Assembly (NCBI GenBank): GCA_029953675.1
Contig: JAMWBK010000001.1
Coordinates: forward strand, 1,612,001-1,676,000
Direction of reading: 5' to 3'
DNA from: Rhodosorus marinus CCMP1338
Taxonomy: Eukaryota > Plantae > Rhodophyta
Length of the DNA stretch: 64,000 nucleotides
The notes under the pieces are model-generated. The model was not told the origin of the DNA. It was given only the letters and a program-made list of their open reading frames with translations, and did no database searches. Below, piece after piece: positions 50,501-62,418 of this stretch. The stretch's first letter is position 1. Every line of letters starts with the position of its first letter. The translations under genes and the position numbers were made by a program.

Positions 50501-52296
50501 GTCAGCGGGGTTAACTCGGCCAATGCTCACCGCCGGTACGTTCTGTACTAACGAAACTGGAGGGAGATTTGCGCTCTGCGTATCCTTCCCTTGGGGTTCA
50601 TCAGCTTTGGGAGCATATCCATCTACAAAGTGCTTGCCTTGTTGCTTCTCATGATCCTCGGAGAGGGGAGCTTGAGTCCTCTTTGTCTGCGCTTGCGTCG
50701 TCTGCATTCCTCTCGCCGACCCTGGTTCGTCATGCTCCCCTCTTTGCTTGGCACCACCCCAGTGCTGCTTTACGGCTACAGTTTGCGGTCCGGGCAACGA
50801 CTGAGCACCCGGTAGCGCTTGTGCACCAGGAAGAGACTGTGCCCCTGGAAGCGCCTGGGAACCCGGAAGTGGTTGATTTCTAACCAGAGATTGTCCACCT
50901 GAAAGCCTTTGCACAGGTGAAAAGCTTTGAGGCCCTTTCGCCATATGACCGTCGCGTTCGGTTGGTAGAGTTGATGGAACTGGCAGAGACTGCGCGCTAG
51001 GCAAGGGCTTCGCCTCTGTAAGCGATTGCAGTTTCGGGGGACCAGGCAACGCCTGGGATCCGGGTAAGCCCGGACCACGTGGAAGTGTATGCGCTCCCGG
51101 CAAACGGGGTCCTCCTTTTAGCGTCTGAGGACTAGGCAAGGTGTGGGCTCCTGGCAAACTCCGAGGGCCCTCAGCCTTGAAGCCATCCTGCGGAGTGGAC
51201 CCGTCATCAAAAGCTGCACCGCTCTTGCTCATGTCAATTTCGGGTGCTGCAGATACCATGCTCTCCTTTGCGTTCGACAGTCCGTCCGATATCGATTCCG
51301 TGCGCGTTCCCCTCGAACCGATCACCCTGTCGCTATTGATTGCACCAGACCTACCCTCCTCGCCTGAAAACCGAGTCACGTTATCCTCGCCAGCTGGTTT
51401 GGAACTGGTTCTACCTGCCCAATCACTTGATCCAATTAGCGATTCCGCCTGCCCTTTACCCTGAAATGTATCCTTCTTGTGCGTAGGCTGCCTCGAGCCA
51501 GTATGCTGTTTAGCCACGTCCTGAAGATTTGAATGATGACGAGCTTCATTCTCTTTTAATCTATGTACAAGTGGACTCTCCCCAACCGCTCCCAGAGCGC
51601 CCTTTGACACGTCTAGCGCTTTGTCACGGGAGGACTCCTTCAAGTCATCACTACCTCCACCTCCCTCACCCCTACTCCGAGCAAAATGCCCACCGGCAAC
51701 TGCACTCCCTACAACAGGACCGCGAGCGCTCGCAACATCACCGCTTAGGTATGATCCGTTTGAGCTACCGAAACCTTTCCGAGTAGCACTGCGCCCGTCC
51801 GATTCCCGGCTTGGAGACACTTTTCCAGGCCTCTTTTGAGCAGATTTTCCGTCGCTCACCACACGGGGCTTTGGCTCCATGCTCAGCTCCTGAGCCTTTG
51901 CTTCCGCTTTCCCGGAGCTCCTCTCGCTCTTCACTGCTGCCTCTTCCCTTCGATCGAGATTGTCATCAGTCTCTTCTCTCGAGGCACTAGGACGCGGCCT
52001 TTCAAGTATTCGGGAGTCACCATCAGCTGGCGCTGCTCTCGGTGGATCCTCGCGTTTGTGGATCGACTTATCCAGACCAGCTTGGTTTCCTTTATCAGTG
52101 GGAACTTCGGCTGAAGTGCTGGCCTGCCGCGGCGTTTCTGCTGTATTGGGTTCCGGTTCCGACCCACCGGTTCCTATCAATTCCGTAGAGAGTAACAATC
52201 GTGAGTTTTCAATCAGCTGGCCTAGACGTCATCGGGTTCGAGGAAGGCTCTGAAATCGGGAATACCTTTCTTCGCATTGTCAGAAACGGAGTCCAT
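44571..52296 (-). CDS. SIN3: SIN3 corepressor (PAH1-3, HDAC-interaction domain, C-terminal domain) with a very long N-terminal extension
   Basis: PAH1 [27 protein letters not shown]2 [26 protein letters not shown]3 [49 protein letters not shown], and C-terminal SYLLFTMDK. The upstream exons (52296-52266, ~52174-50251, ~50169-50023) splice in frame to DRRLLR|VEDAL. Confidence 0.9.
50780..51158 (-). repeat. Coding hexapeptide repeats LPG(A/S/P)(Q/H)(A/S/T) in the SIN3 N-terminal exon
   Basis: Five contiguous units [30 protein letters not shown] at 50780-50869, plus looser units (LPGAHT x2, [12 protein letters not shown]) up to ~51158. Confidence 0.85.
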
Positions 52297-55200
52297 TTTC
52301 AACTCGCGCCCACTCCCAGATGACTTGAAACGGCTTGTCTGAAAAGCGCAAGATAGTCTACCGAGCTCGCTTGACCACTTGCAAAGGCTGTGAACCTCAC
52401 TTCCTCAATAGGCTCAAGGCCCCGTTCCATCCGCAAGTAGCTATATCCAAGAATCCGCACATCCCTGAACAGTGAGAAGCGAGTCATTTGAGCATTAACA
52501 CAATGACGTCCTGTCCCATTACATCAACAAATCACTCTGAAAAACAGGGTTGAATCGGTCACCAAGCCCGTACCGAGATGGCAAACGCTCCCTAGAAAGG
52601 CAAACCAGTCAGATTGGAACTCCTGGTAGACAATGACAGGCAGAAAATGTACTAGCTCCTCGAGAAACCTTCACAAAACCTCTGAACGACGCCAATCTAC
52701 AATCCTGAACAGGTTACAAATCACCAGATCTTTGCATATCGAAACATCTCACAAAACCCGGAAGAGGACCCTCGTCTTCCCTGCCCGAACCGTCCCGTTG
52801 TATTTCACCTGCCCTGCATTAAGCCTCTTAAGGACCGTTTTGATTCTTCCGTTTTCTCATCCATTTAACCGCTCACGCCAATTAGCTGCTAAACTCTACT
52901 CTTACCACTTCCTCTGGAATCCACCTTGTCTACGCCGTTTTCAACGCCCCTTGCGCGTGCATCCAATTTACAGCATGAGAAGAGATTTTCCCCCCCTTAT
53001 GCAAACACTATTTCTTCAGAAATCACTTAAACGTCAGAGTTCCTAGTGCAGACTCGAATCTACCGTAACTGATTCACGTTGAGTATTTTCACCGGGGGGT
53101 AACCGAAATGTTACTTTTCTCTGAGTTCCGGATCCCTTCTAAGGCCGTTAACCAATTCCCCACGAGGATTGCTTAACAGGAATTTTTCCCACCCCTGCGG
53201 TTCTTTCTTGTACGGGAGAAGAAAGATCCGGACTCGAATTTAGGGATTCTGATACGCCTTGCGAAAATCGGCTACCCCTACACTTCATTTTCAACACGCA
53301 TTTCCAAAATTCCTAAACACCCTATAGGGGGGGGGAATTTCCAATCCCAGCAACAAACAAATAATCTCATGATTTCCATTTTTCCATGATTTTTTTCAAA
53401 GCGGTCCAATGAGACATAAAACAAATGCCTCTTCATCAACTTATTGCGGGTGTCCAGAAAGCAAGGGTTTGCTAGCAAGGGAAAATCACCGCTCAACCCA
53501 CCCCTCGTATGGATGATTCCGGAACTGCGAAATCCGGTCTTAAAAAATAAAAAATCAGCTCTTGTATGAATCTGAAGGGGGGCTTCGTCACCTGTTCCTG
53601 AACTCCAGGGGAAGTCTGAAGCCTCACCTTCAAAGTTCGCGAGGTCAGAATTCGGTGGGCACTAGCTAGGTCAAGCAAAGGCTCGGAGAATAGCAATAGG
53701 CAGAGCTTCTGACGAGGATGGAAATCGTCTCTCATGTTTTGTTCGGAACCAACCGAGAGCTAGATAGCTCTAGCGAGGTATCTACCTCGCTAGGGTCTTC
53801 AATCTAGACAATTTTGTGCCGGAGGAGCTTTATATAAAGGGGTGCTGATCGGAGGAGGTGGTGGCCGCTTTCTTCGCATTGTTAATCCAAACAGTTTGAG
53901 GATGCCTACCGGACCATCCGATTTCTAGTCACACATGCGGTAACCCTCAACGAGAATCTAGGTTGCGGTGCGTGGTGACTGGCTTCCACTGTGGACGACT
54001 GTGAGCAGGCAATCGCGATGGCCCTGGAAACGAAGTTGTCGATACACAGAAGATTGATTGTAAAAGATACAGCCTTCAAATGGAAGCTGGACACGGAGCC
54101 CACTGAAATCTCGTGAATGAGTGCTCTAATGGCTCAGGCTCAAAGTGTGCATGGTGACGGACCTCATGTTGTCAGTTGATCATTGATGCTTTGGAGGCTG
54201 GCTACAGATGGTCATTGTTCAAGGGACGGTCGATCTCGAGGAAATCCATGATCGCTTCGTAGCCAACTCGAGTAGGCCTTTGTTTACGTTTCATATAGAT
54301 CACAGTTTATACAGGCTCATTGTCCGCGTACTACCGATTTTCGCAGCGCTGGCCGCTTTTGGGAAATGACCAGACGCTCCCGTAGGAAAGTAGTCAGAGA
54401 CATCTTTGGACGACGACTTCCTAGCCGATGCATACCTAGAAATTGGTGTGAGTTGCATCCGCTTGAGGGTTCTCCTTTTAGCCACTAGTACAATCCAATG
54501 AATCCGGTAGTAGTATGTTATACTCGGGATCGTTTGCGACCCGGTTGCCACCGCGTGCGCTAGTTTAGAACCTGTGCAAGTACATGTTGCGACTGTACAA
54601 TAGACCTGTCTCCCGTATTTCTTTCAATTTTTGATTTACGGTTAACTTCTTTTGAGGTTCTCCAAGTCTCTCCTCACACCCAATAGCACTTGTTGGCACA
54701 ACCCGCTTTCCAAACTGTGCGGGACACATTCAGGGTGATCATGAACTGGGTGGCAGTGATTTTCTTTGCGTATTCTCTAGCACGTGAAACAGGAAGTGTG
54801 GGTTCCTGGATTCAGTATGCTGAAAACCCAGCACGTTAGAATCTTGATCGGAGAAGGCGACGTTAAATGACAGGCGTAGGAAAGGAAAATGCGGTAGAGT
54901 TTGTTCCCAACCATTTAGCAGGGAGCGTACAAGAGTAGTATTTGACAACCTCAGGTATACACTTAGGCTGCGGCTCTCTGGACTGTCGTGAAATGGAAGA
55001 CCGTTCACTACGCTCAGGAAATTTCGCGGCGATGCATACATGCCAACCCATGCGAGCTATGAATCCATTCACAGGTCGTGCCGAGGAGCAAAACTCCGGT
55101 TCCATTTGTCAGAATTGATCCCACTCCTTTCGCAAGCAAAATAACTGCCCTGCCCAGGTTAGAGTGACATTCGCGGTCATGCTTCTCTTATAGTGGGAGC

Positions 55201-56360
55201 ACCGAATGAATTTATTTATTCGGAGGCTAGAAGAGTAACCGAGGGGAGCAAAAGGGACTACCGAAGCTGTAAAAATCGCGCCCCTCCAGCACCAAGCAGC
55301 ATTCATTCGCCACAATAGAAAACTCAACCGGGTAAACAGCGAGGAAAGCCTAGATTTAGCGAAACCGCAACCTTTACTCGGCAGCTGCCTATTACAGCGC
55401 AGCACTTGCTCCATCACTGTCTAAGGGGAAAGGTCAGACTGACCCCGCTACCGGGGTCTTGCGCTAGGTTCAGAAGAACCCTAGAGCGGAGCATCAATAG
55501 CATAGCTGGTCTTCAAGTTGTTGGATCCTCTCATCACGTCGTTGGGTCGAAATGACTGGTCTTTTGAGTTCAGAATCCATTGGTAGATACGCAAAGGAAG
55601 GGTCTCCAAGCTAAAAAGCTCATGGACGTGGCAGCTGTCAACTGGAGCTATTACTGAGGCAAATCCGGTGTCAGTCCCGCACCTTTGAGTGTGTTCCACA
55701 CGAACTAACCAGGATCCTGTCGGCAACTCTTTCTAAGCATCCTGAACGTTGTTGAATTCGACGGCATCTTCGAAAACCGTATCGGTTTCTTTCGATACGA
55801 ATCCGTTTAGACGTACAAATCTAGTCCTGGCCTCTGCGGGCAGGGTCTCCGCGGTGTTCCGGGATGCGTTTTGCATTGGTAGCCTTGTTTGCACAGATTT
55901 TTACACTTTTTTCTACAGTTTTACAATGTTCTCATCAGTTTACGCACATTCTTGCATATATATTTTTTCGTATTATTCAGTGTGTTGCCGAGGAGTACTA
56001 GGTTATAGCAAAAAAACCAGCACAACTGGTGTTTGTTAGAGGGCAACCTGAATTTCTAGGATTCGATCAGTATCTACTCTTAGAGTCGTCTAAGCCAACG
56101 ACTCTGAGAGCATTATAAATGAAGGCCAATCCGAAAATCGCCAGCCACCGACAGGCCCAAACGAACTAAACATTTTTCAGTCAGCAGAAGCGAAAGTCGC
56201 TATAATCCGCCATCAACAACAAATCGACATCCGATGTTGATTGATCAAATCCGCGATATTGACTGAATTCGGTAGTCGATTTTGGCCCTCACCACTAGCG
56301 GGGCACAATTCCATCTGCGAATCGAGCAATTAGTTACGGAATGAGAACACCCGTCTTGAG

Positions 56361-56614
56361 GAATTACTCATCAACCAGAATAACAATCAAGCAATCCTCG
56401 GAACAGCACTCACAATACTCTTGGCACCACCTTCAGAATAATACCCTGACATGAATACGCCGAAGCAAGCTTCAACATAGATGAAAGTACCTATGGAGCC
56501 ACCTTCTGCACACTCACAGGACTGCATGGACTCCATGTAATAGCCGGAACACTCTACCTAGGCATAGCAATGACCAGAATCAATCTGCACACTTTAGCCA
56601 GAGAACGCCATATA
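56361..56614 (+). pseudogene. cox3: Fragment of cytochrome c oxidase subunit III, probable nuclear insertion of mitochondrial DNA (NUMT)
   Basis: Translates ELLINQNNNQAILGTALTIL, then after a 1-nt frameshift near 56420 LGTTFRIIP(TGA)HEYAEASFNIDESTYGATFCTLTGLHGLHVIAGTLYLGIAMTRINLHTLARERHI. This matches the cox3 stretch TILLGxxFT.Q..EY.EA.F.I.D..YGS.FF..TGFHGxHV..G. It has no start codon and ends before the YWHFVD motif. Confidence 0.85.
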
Positions 56615-56819
56615 GAATCCGTGCTTATAGCAAAATAGCTGTGTTTGTTCGGGATCGAGCGTTGAGGCCGCTGCAGCCGCTTCTTCATACCAGCTCATAT
56701 GCTGGTATGTTTCGCCGATAACCACCAATTAAATGAAATACCAGGTGTTTATTTCCCTCGGGACAACCTTACTAGTACTTGGGTCGTGCCGAGAGGGTCC
56801 GGCTTTTCGCCGTTTACGA

Positions 56820-57967
56820 CCAAGAAGTGGCTAACCCTAGGAAACTGGGGGGTTTTAAGGGAGGGGGGGGGGAAGGGGGCAAGAGTGGCAATATAGGCAA
56901 TAGGCAATTCCAATGCGTACGTGCAAAAGGCGGGCAGTGAAATTTTAATGGCGATCGCGGGTTTTTAGTGGTTACGAAGAAAACGCACCTGTTTTCAGAG
57001 GTACAGGGGGGTTTTTGATTTTCAGAATCGGAGTTCATGGGAGCCGGGCAGAGCACGAACCATAGTGGAGGCAGCTTGGGCGATTGGAAACGGTCTTTTG
57101 ATAGGATGGGGAAGCAGTTCTGTGGAGGTGGTGATACAGAGGACAAGGGATCCACAGGGTATGGGTAGAAGAGTTACTTGAGCTTGACTCGGGCTTGGGA
57201 ATTCTCCCCAGTTTGCAGATGATTAAATTTCTTGCAGGAAGTGGGATCATCGTTCTTCTCACAAGAGCATTGGAAGCCCGATTGGGCGAGCCATAAAGTA
57301 GAAGCGGAGGCAATAACTGCTAGCTTTACGTACGTGATGAGGGTTTGAACTTTTGAAGCCTTGATAAACTTTTCCTCCCCTCTCTTCTCTCTTTTGAAAG
57401 CGCTGCTATCAGCTCCGGGTTATCCGTCCTTTTGGGCACCTGATGTCCTAAGATCTTCAAAGAAACTGGAAAAAAACTGAAACTCAGCTCCTATTGGAAA
57501 GAAGGTACACGACTAGTAGGAGCACGAGTTCTCAATCCTACTTTCTCACCTCTGGGTCTTTCAACCTGCCGAACCAGTAGGTTCTAGTGAGGCCATTGTC
57601 CTTGCAAGCTTAACGTCGAGCTCTTCTACTTGCTTTCCTTTCTTGATGGGCGCGTAAACTCAGTTATGTCCGCTCCCTGGAGCTTTCGGCTTTTCCAAGC
57701 GAAGCTTGAACGGGCGGACTCTGGAGTTGAAGCGGATCTCCGGCTGGCTGCTGGAGCGTCACCTGCGATGATGTACCGATCGCACTTCTGCAGGTGCCTC
57801 TTGAGGCGTTCAAAATTGTTGCTTACCGGTAGGTCGCAATGCTTGCAGATCAGCGTAGCCTTGACCTCGTCGTACCGCGGATGCTTCTGCGTTGGCATCC
57901 GGAAGTTGCAACGCGCTGCAGTCCTTTCTCCTCGACATCTGTATCATAGTAGTCTGCTAGACTGTGT
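56820..57967 (-). mobile_element. Internally deleted hAT-like fragment, copy 2 (inverted relative to copy 1)
   Basis: LICKHCDLPVSNNFERLKRHLQKC (intact BED Cx2C..Hx3C). Colinear similarity to 229-1245 including the non-coding part, with a ~200-bp insertion at ~57200-57400. Confidence 0.7.
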
Positions 57968-60022
57968 GAACGGCGCATACAGTCTACTCTTTGACCTCGT
58001 CGCATCCTAGCTGCAGAATATGTCAACCCATGGCCATCCGTACCGCGTTTCCACTTGCAAACCTTCTATCGACTCCCGCCGCTCCAAATATATTGAAAAA
58101 CGGGGGAAAAATATTTGCAAACTGTATGATGACCAATAGAAGAGGCTTCCGGTTCATTTTCAGCATTCATAATCATTGGTAGTTACTGTTCTAATTAACC
58201 AATAAAAATAGACTATCCCTTAAAATACTAATTTATACAATTTCATTTTTTTTAGTTTATCCAATGCATTGCCGTAAACTTGCATATTGGCCAATCATTG
58301 AATTGCCAACAAATTCAAAGCCTACCCAAGATGGGCTTTGTTTTCCAAGCATAGTCGATTCCGTGCAATGAAGAAGGGTGGGAAACGCTTTTTTGCCGGG
58401 GTGGGCGGTAAACGTGTAGTTCCACGCTGGTTGGGGGAAAGCTTTATGTCCCATCGAGCTTGGGCAAATGCGAAATATTGCCCAGCTATCTTCCTCCCAG
58501 GGTGGGCAATTCGATTCAGTTTCCACAACCCTAGTAGACTGTCGACACATAGCACATTGGAAAACGACCTAAACCGCATTCCCACAAGTCGCGGATAGAA
58601 GCTTTGTTGACTTAAGCATGACGACAATCAATTCGAAAAACCTCAATCAATATTGAGAATGTCAAGGCAGGCTGTGTTAATACGTTCGTTTTTAGAGTCG
58701 ATTTACAAAGCTCAAACTCATCGTTTTTTTGCTGGTTCTACACTTTCCCCGCCGCGTCAATCACAGTGGATCGGTTTGGAACCCTTTTACCCCCTCTTGT
58801 TGTATGTCTCCGAGAAGGTGTTGTGGATTTACTTTGCGGTACTATTTGTACGAATGAACGGTCAAAAGTTTTCAGCTTTTCTAGGTCAGTTCTTGGACAA
58901 ACAATCTTTTGGAAGAAAATGTAAGAAAACGGAAATTTCCCAAAAAATTCTTGTTCAAAATTTATCAGTTTTTCTAGTACTTCTTCTATGTCAACACCGT
59001 CAATCTTCCGTTCAGATAGGAACCGTGATTTCAGATGTAGAACTTTTGAAATTGTAGGGGTGGGAGATGGTTTAACGCAAAACCAATTTCGTAGTTTTTC
59101 GAAATTAAAATTGACCTGTTCCTGATTTCCGCACAATCAAGGCGTTCATTGACACCACCACTCACCGTTGGAGAAGCAGCTTTGTATTGTCCCGAATATG
59201 ATAGAAAATGGTACAGTGTATCTTGAGGACAGACGACCCTGGGTAACTGACGAAAGCGTTTGACAGAGCGAATGATTGAGAACCCTCTGACGATCACTCC
59301 CCCCGGGGCCCCCCACGTTACTGGATTTTTTTCGCAGGAACAACTCTTTTCCAAGAGTCGAGGGGGGGGGGGGGTAAAACAGTTTGCCCGAATAGAGGCT
59401 GGCTCAGATGGCAGAATTTTGGTTTTACCAAAAGAAAGTCGAAGATCGTCAATCAATACTTTGTAAAAATTTCCAAAATCAAACCCTGCCAACGTCGCGA
59501 AAGCGAAAACGGGGGAAACTGGTGTTTACCAGAGTGTGCCTTAGTCTATCAGGTTTTGTTTTGTTTTGGAAGCCCTTTTTTCTTTCAAATTTTTGAAAGG
59601 AGGATGTCGTGGGAGTCATGGTGGTGGGAGCGTGTTGCTGGGGTGGCGTGTTGGCGATAGAGCGTTGTATCAACTGGCGAGCTATACAGCGAAGGAGAAT
59701 TACTAGCGTTTTCGAGATGTACGCGATTGCATTCATCGAGCAGTCGAGAGGACAAATTTTGGGGGTGCGGGGAGGGTTTTGCTTCTACTTTTTCTTTGTA
59801 TAGGAGACGTTGAGATTTCCAAGCTCGATCGTTTTTGAGGCGGAGTGGGTTCACTAGTCAAGGGTTGCTTGCTTGTCAAGGTTGTCGAGGAAAATCGTAT
59901 CCCCAGTCCACACTCTGCTTGATGCAGTGGTGAATTGCCGTTCCGCTTTGACAGCTTTTTTGCCTTTTAAAGGTCTTCGGTGGTTTCGGCGTACTCCTTA
60001 GCGTGCGATTCACGATTGGGGT

Positions 60023-60628
60023 ATGCATGCAGAGGTGGATGTGGTGAGGTTAAGTTCTGTGGGCATGCGCCAAGGGCGAGCAGAGTCAAGTGGAGGTGAG
60101 TCGCTGGTATCGCTTCTTGACGCGGACGGAGGGATGTTCGAGGGTGGATTGGACCTTCTATGCTACGCGGTGGACCTCGAGTGCAACCGTGACCCTGTCC
60201 AACGGGAGCTCAGTCCGAGGGTCAAGGGGCCCTGGAGTCCGTCGGAGGATAGGCTGCTAGTTGAACTGGTTCAAAAGTATGGTGCACGGAGGTGGACTGA
60301 GATTGCTACGCATATCCACGGAAGGACTGGAAAGCAGGCTCGGGAAAGGTGGTTAAACCAATTGAATCCGCAGCTGACGAAAACTACTTGGAGTGAGAGT
60401 GAGGATAGGGTGATAACAGAAGCGCACGCCAAGCTCGGAAATCGATGGGCGGAAATTGCAAAACTGTTGCCTGGCCGCACTGATAATGCAGTGAAGAACA
60501 GGTTCAACACGTCTCTGCGGAGGCGCCGTCCGCTATCACCACCTGTAGACCTCTACAGCGTGAAAAGATCCAAAAAGGAGCACAGCGCCCAAGAACAGCT
60601 TGTACAATTTTCTCAGCTAGAATCGTAG
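60023..60628 (+). CDS. Intronless R2R3-type (c-Myb-like) MYB transcription factor
   Basis: [85 protein letters not shown], followed by a basic NLS-like LRRRRP. Confidence 0.92.
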   Translation: MHAEVDVVRLSSVGMRQGRAESSGGESLVSLLDADGGMFEGGLDLLCYAVDLECNRDPVQRELSPRVKGPWSPSEDRLLVELVQKYGARRWTEIATHIHGRTGKQARERWLNQLNPQLTKTTWSESEDRVITEAHAKLGNRWAEIAKLLPGRTDNAVKNRFNTSLRRRRPLSPPVDLYSVKRSKKEHSAQEQLVQFSQLES

Positions 60629-60929
60629 GGCTGGAGACTGACGTTTCGTCTCCAAGAATCCGCGGGTTCATGAGAACGCAGCCGCTGATTTTTGCGATAC
60701 AAGCTGATGGACGGGTCTACACATCTGTTTATTTTCGACGTGAGTGCTAAGGATTGCACGCAACTCACAGGGTGTGCCCATTGGCTTAGTAGGAGACTAG
60801 GAACAACTAATCTTAGGATCATAATAGAGGACTCCGAGGCTGTGCTGTGGTAAGCCCTGCTCCTCTTTTTTTATTTTAACAACCAAGGATAATTTGAAAA
60901 AGAAATACGGTAAAGATTTTCTGTGCAAC

Positions 60930-61280
60930 CTATGCGATTTCAAGTCCATGCTGCCCTGCTAAACGTCATCCAGCCCTTCCTCAAGGTCTGCCAACGGGTT
61001 TCACTTTCGATCCTCCGCTCTGATCTTCAACAATTGTCGTACACGACACTAGGTGGATGCCTAACAAAAGGTTCCGGCCACATACCAGTCACTACCCCAT
61101 TTCCGAAAAAGTCGCATGTGGTGAATCGCGACCTCGGGCTTCGGTAGGCCTTGTTAGCGGCGATCAGGATGCGTGGACTAGACTGAGCCTGGCGGGATAA
61201 CGGGAACGTAACGTTTGCAGGATCTACATCATCGGTATTTGCGTTATCCTCAGTGTCTTTTGTTGTGCCCACGAAATAGG
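60930..61280 (-). mobile_element. Possible decayed PIF/Harbinger (DDE_Tnp_4-like) nuclease remnant
   Basis: Minus frame gives ..GTTKD..RILIAANKAYRSP..PFVRHPPSVVYDNC*RSERRIESETRWQTLRKGW, which loosely follows GSxHD..llgDxaY..tP..yN..R..iE..f..LKrrW. It has a stop codon and a D-to-N change. Weak, by-eye match only. Confidence 0.3.
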
Positions 61281-61435
61281 TGGGGAGGCGGTTGTGACCC
61301 GCGCGGAAGAAAACACAGTTGCTCTAGGAACAGGTGTTGGGGCACGAGGGTCTGCATCGGAGCTGGGGGTCGGAGCGGTTAGCAGTCGATCTCTAAGTGT
61401 ACATACTTGCAGCCCCAGCTGAGCTCGAATCTGGA

Positions 61436-62418
61436 ATGAATTCTACAAGCCATTCTGATGTACCACGAGGGGAGGCGGGGCGACCAGTTGGACGTCATCA
61501 GTTAAATTCCAGGTTCCATTTCTCATTCATGAAGCGAAGCGCGACAAGCCGGAACGAAACATACGGCTCCTCGATAAAGGAGATAGGAAGCTTTGGGTCT
61601 ATTGAAGACTTTTGGTGCTTCTATACGCATCTGACACGACCCAACGACCTCGCGGTGAACACTGACTACTACGTGTTTCGGGAACCGGTCAAGCCTCTAT
61701 GGGAAGACCCTGAGAACAAGGTACGCCCAAAAGCGAACATGAAATTGTCCCCTATTGGAACCTGCTCTTCCGACCAAATTCGTTATCATCGTTTGAAGCA
61801 TTCAGCTCAATCTTATGTGACCTCGCAGAACGGAGGCAGGTGGACAATCAGGCTGAAAAAAGGGATCGCAAATCGGGCGTTTGAGGATATGTCAATCTGC
61901 TTGATTGGCGAACAATTTGATGAGTATGAAACCGTAAACGGTAGGCATACCTGTACGCCGGAATACTGTCCCTAATATCCATTTCGTGGAGTAATTCTCA
62001 GAGAAAGTTTCCTTCCAGGGCTTGCGCTGTCCGTGCGGTATCAGGAGGACGTCTTGGTAAGTAAAGCGTTGTTTCCCTGGGCGCATGCAGAGAGTATAGA
62101 ACAAACCCTTCCCCCTCTAATGCAGATCTCTGCCAACTTCTTTCTTGGAAATATTCCTCGCTGCGACAGAGCCTTTGGACAAGAACATCAGACGAGCAAC
62201 CGAGACTCGACTCGATTCGTGACGTGGCCCAAGCTGCCATGGTAACAACTCTATCGGTAACGCCTGATTCGCATCCGTTGGTGATGACTGAGCACAGCCT
62301 CTCCTTTTTCGTTCGCGAGCAGGAGTACCTGCCGACCATGAAGAACACGGACTGGGAATACAAGAGGCACGAAGTCGTTCTGGATGCAATGCTCAAGAGT
62401 GATGCCGCACCTAGATGA
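61436..62418 (+). CDS. EIF4E2: Class II eIF4E-family cap-binding protein (4EHP/nCBP-like), multi-exon
   Basis: HQL..TYGSSIKEIGSFGSIEDFWCFYTHLTRP (Tyr at the W56-equivalent is a class II trait), KPLWEDPENK|NGGRWTIRLKKG, LIGEQF, G-LALSVRYQEDVL|SLWT and WEYKRH. Confidence 0.85.

Noticed and set aside
53800-55900. Scattered 65-100 aa ORFs upstream of SIN3
   Set aside because: No coherent gene or TE motif was recognised; possibly decayed sequence, but not callable.
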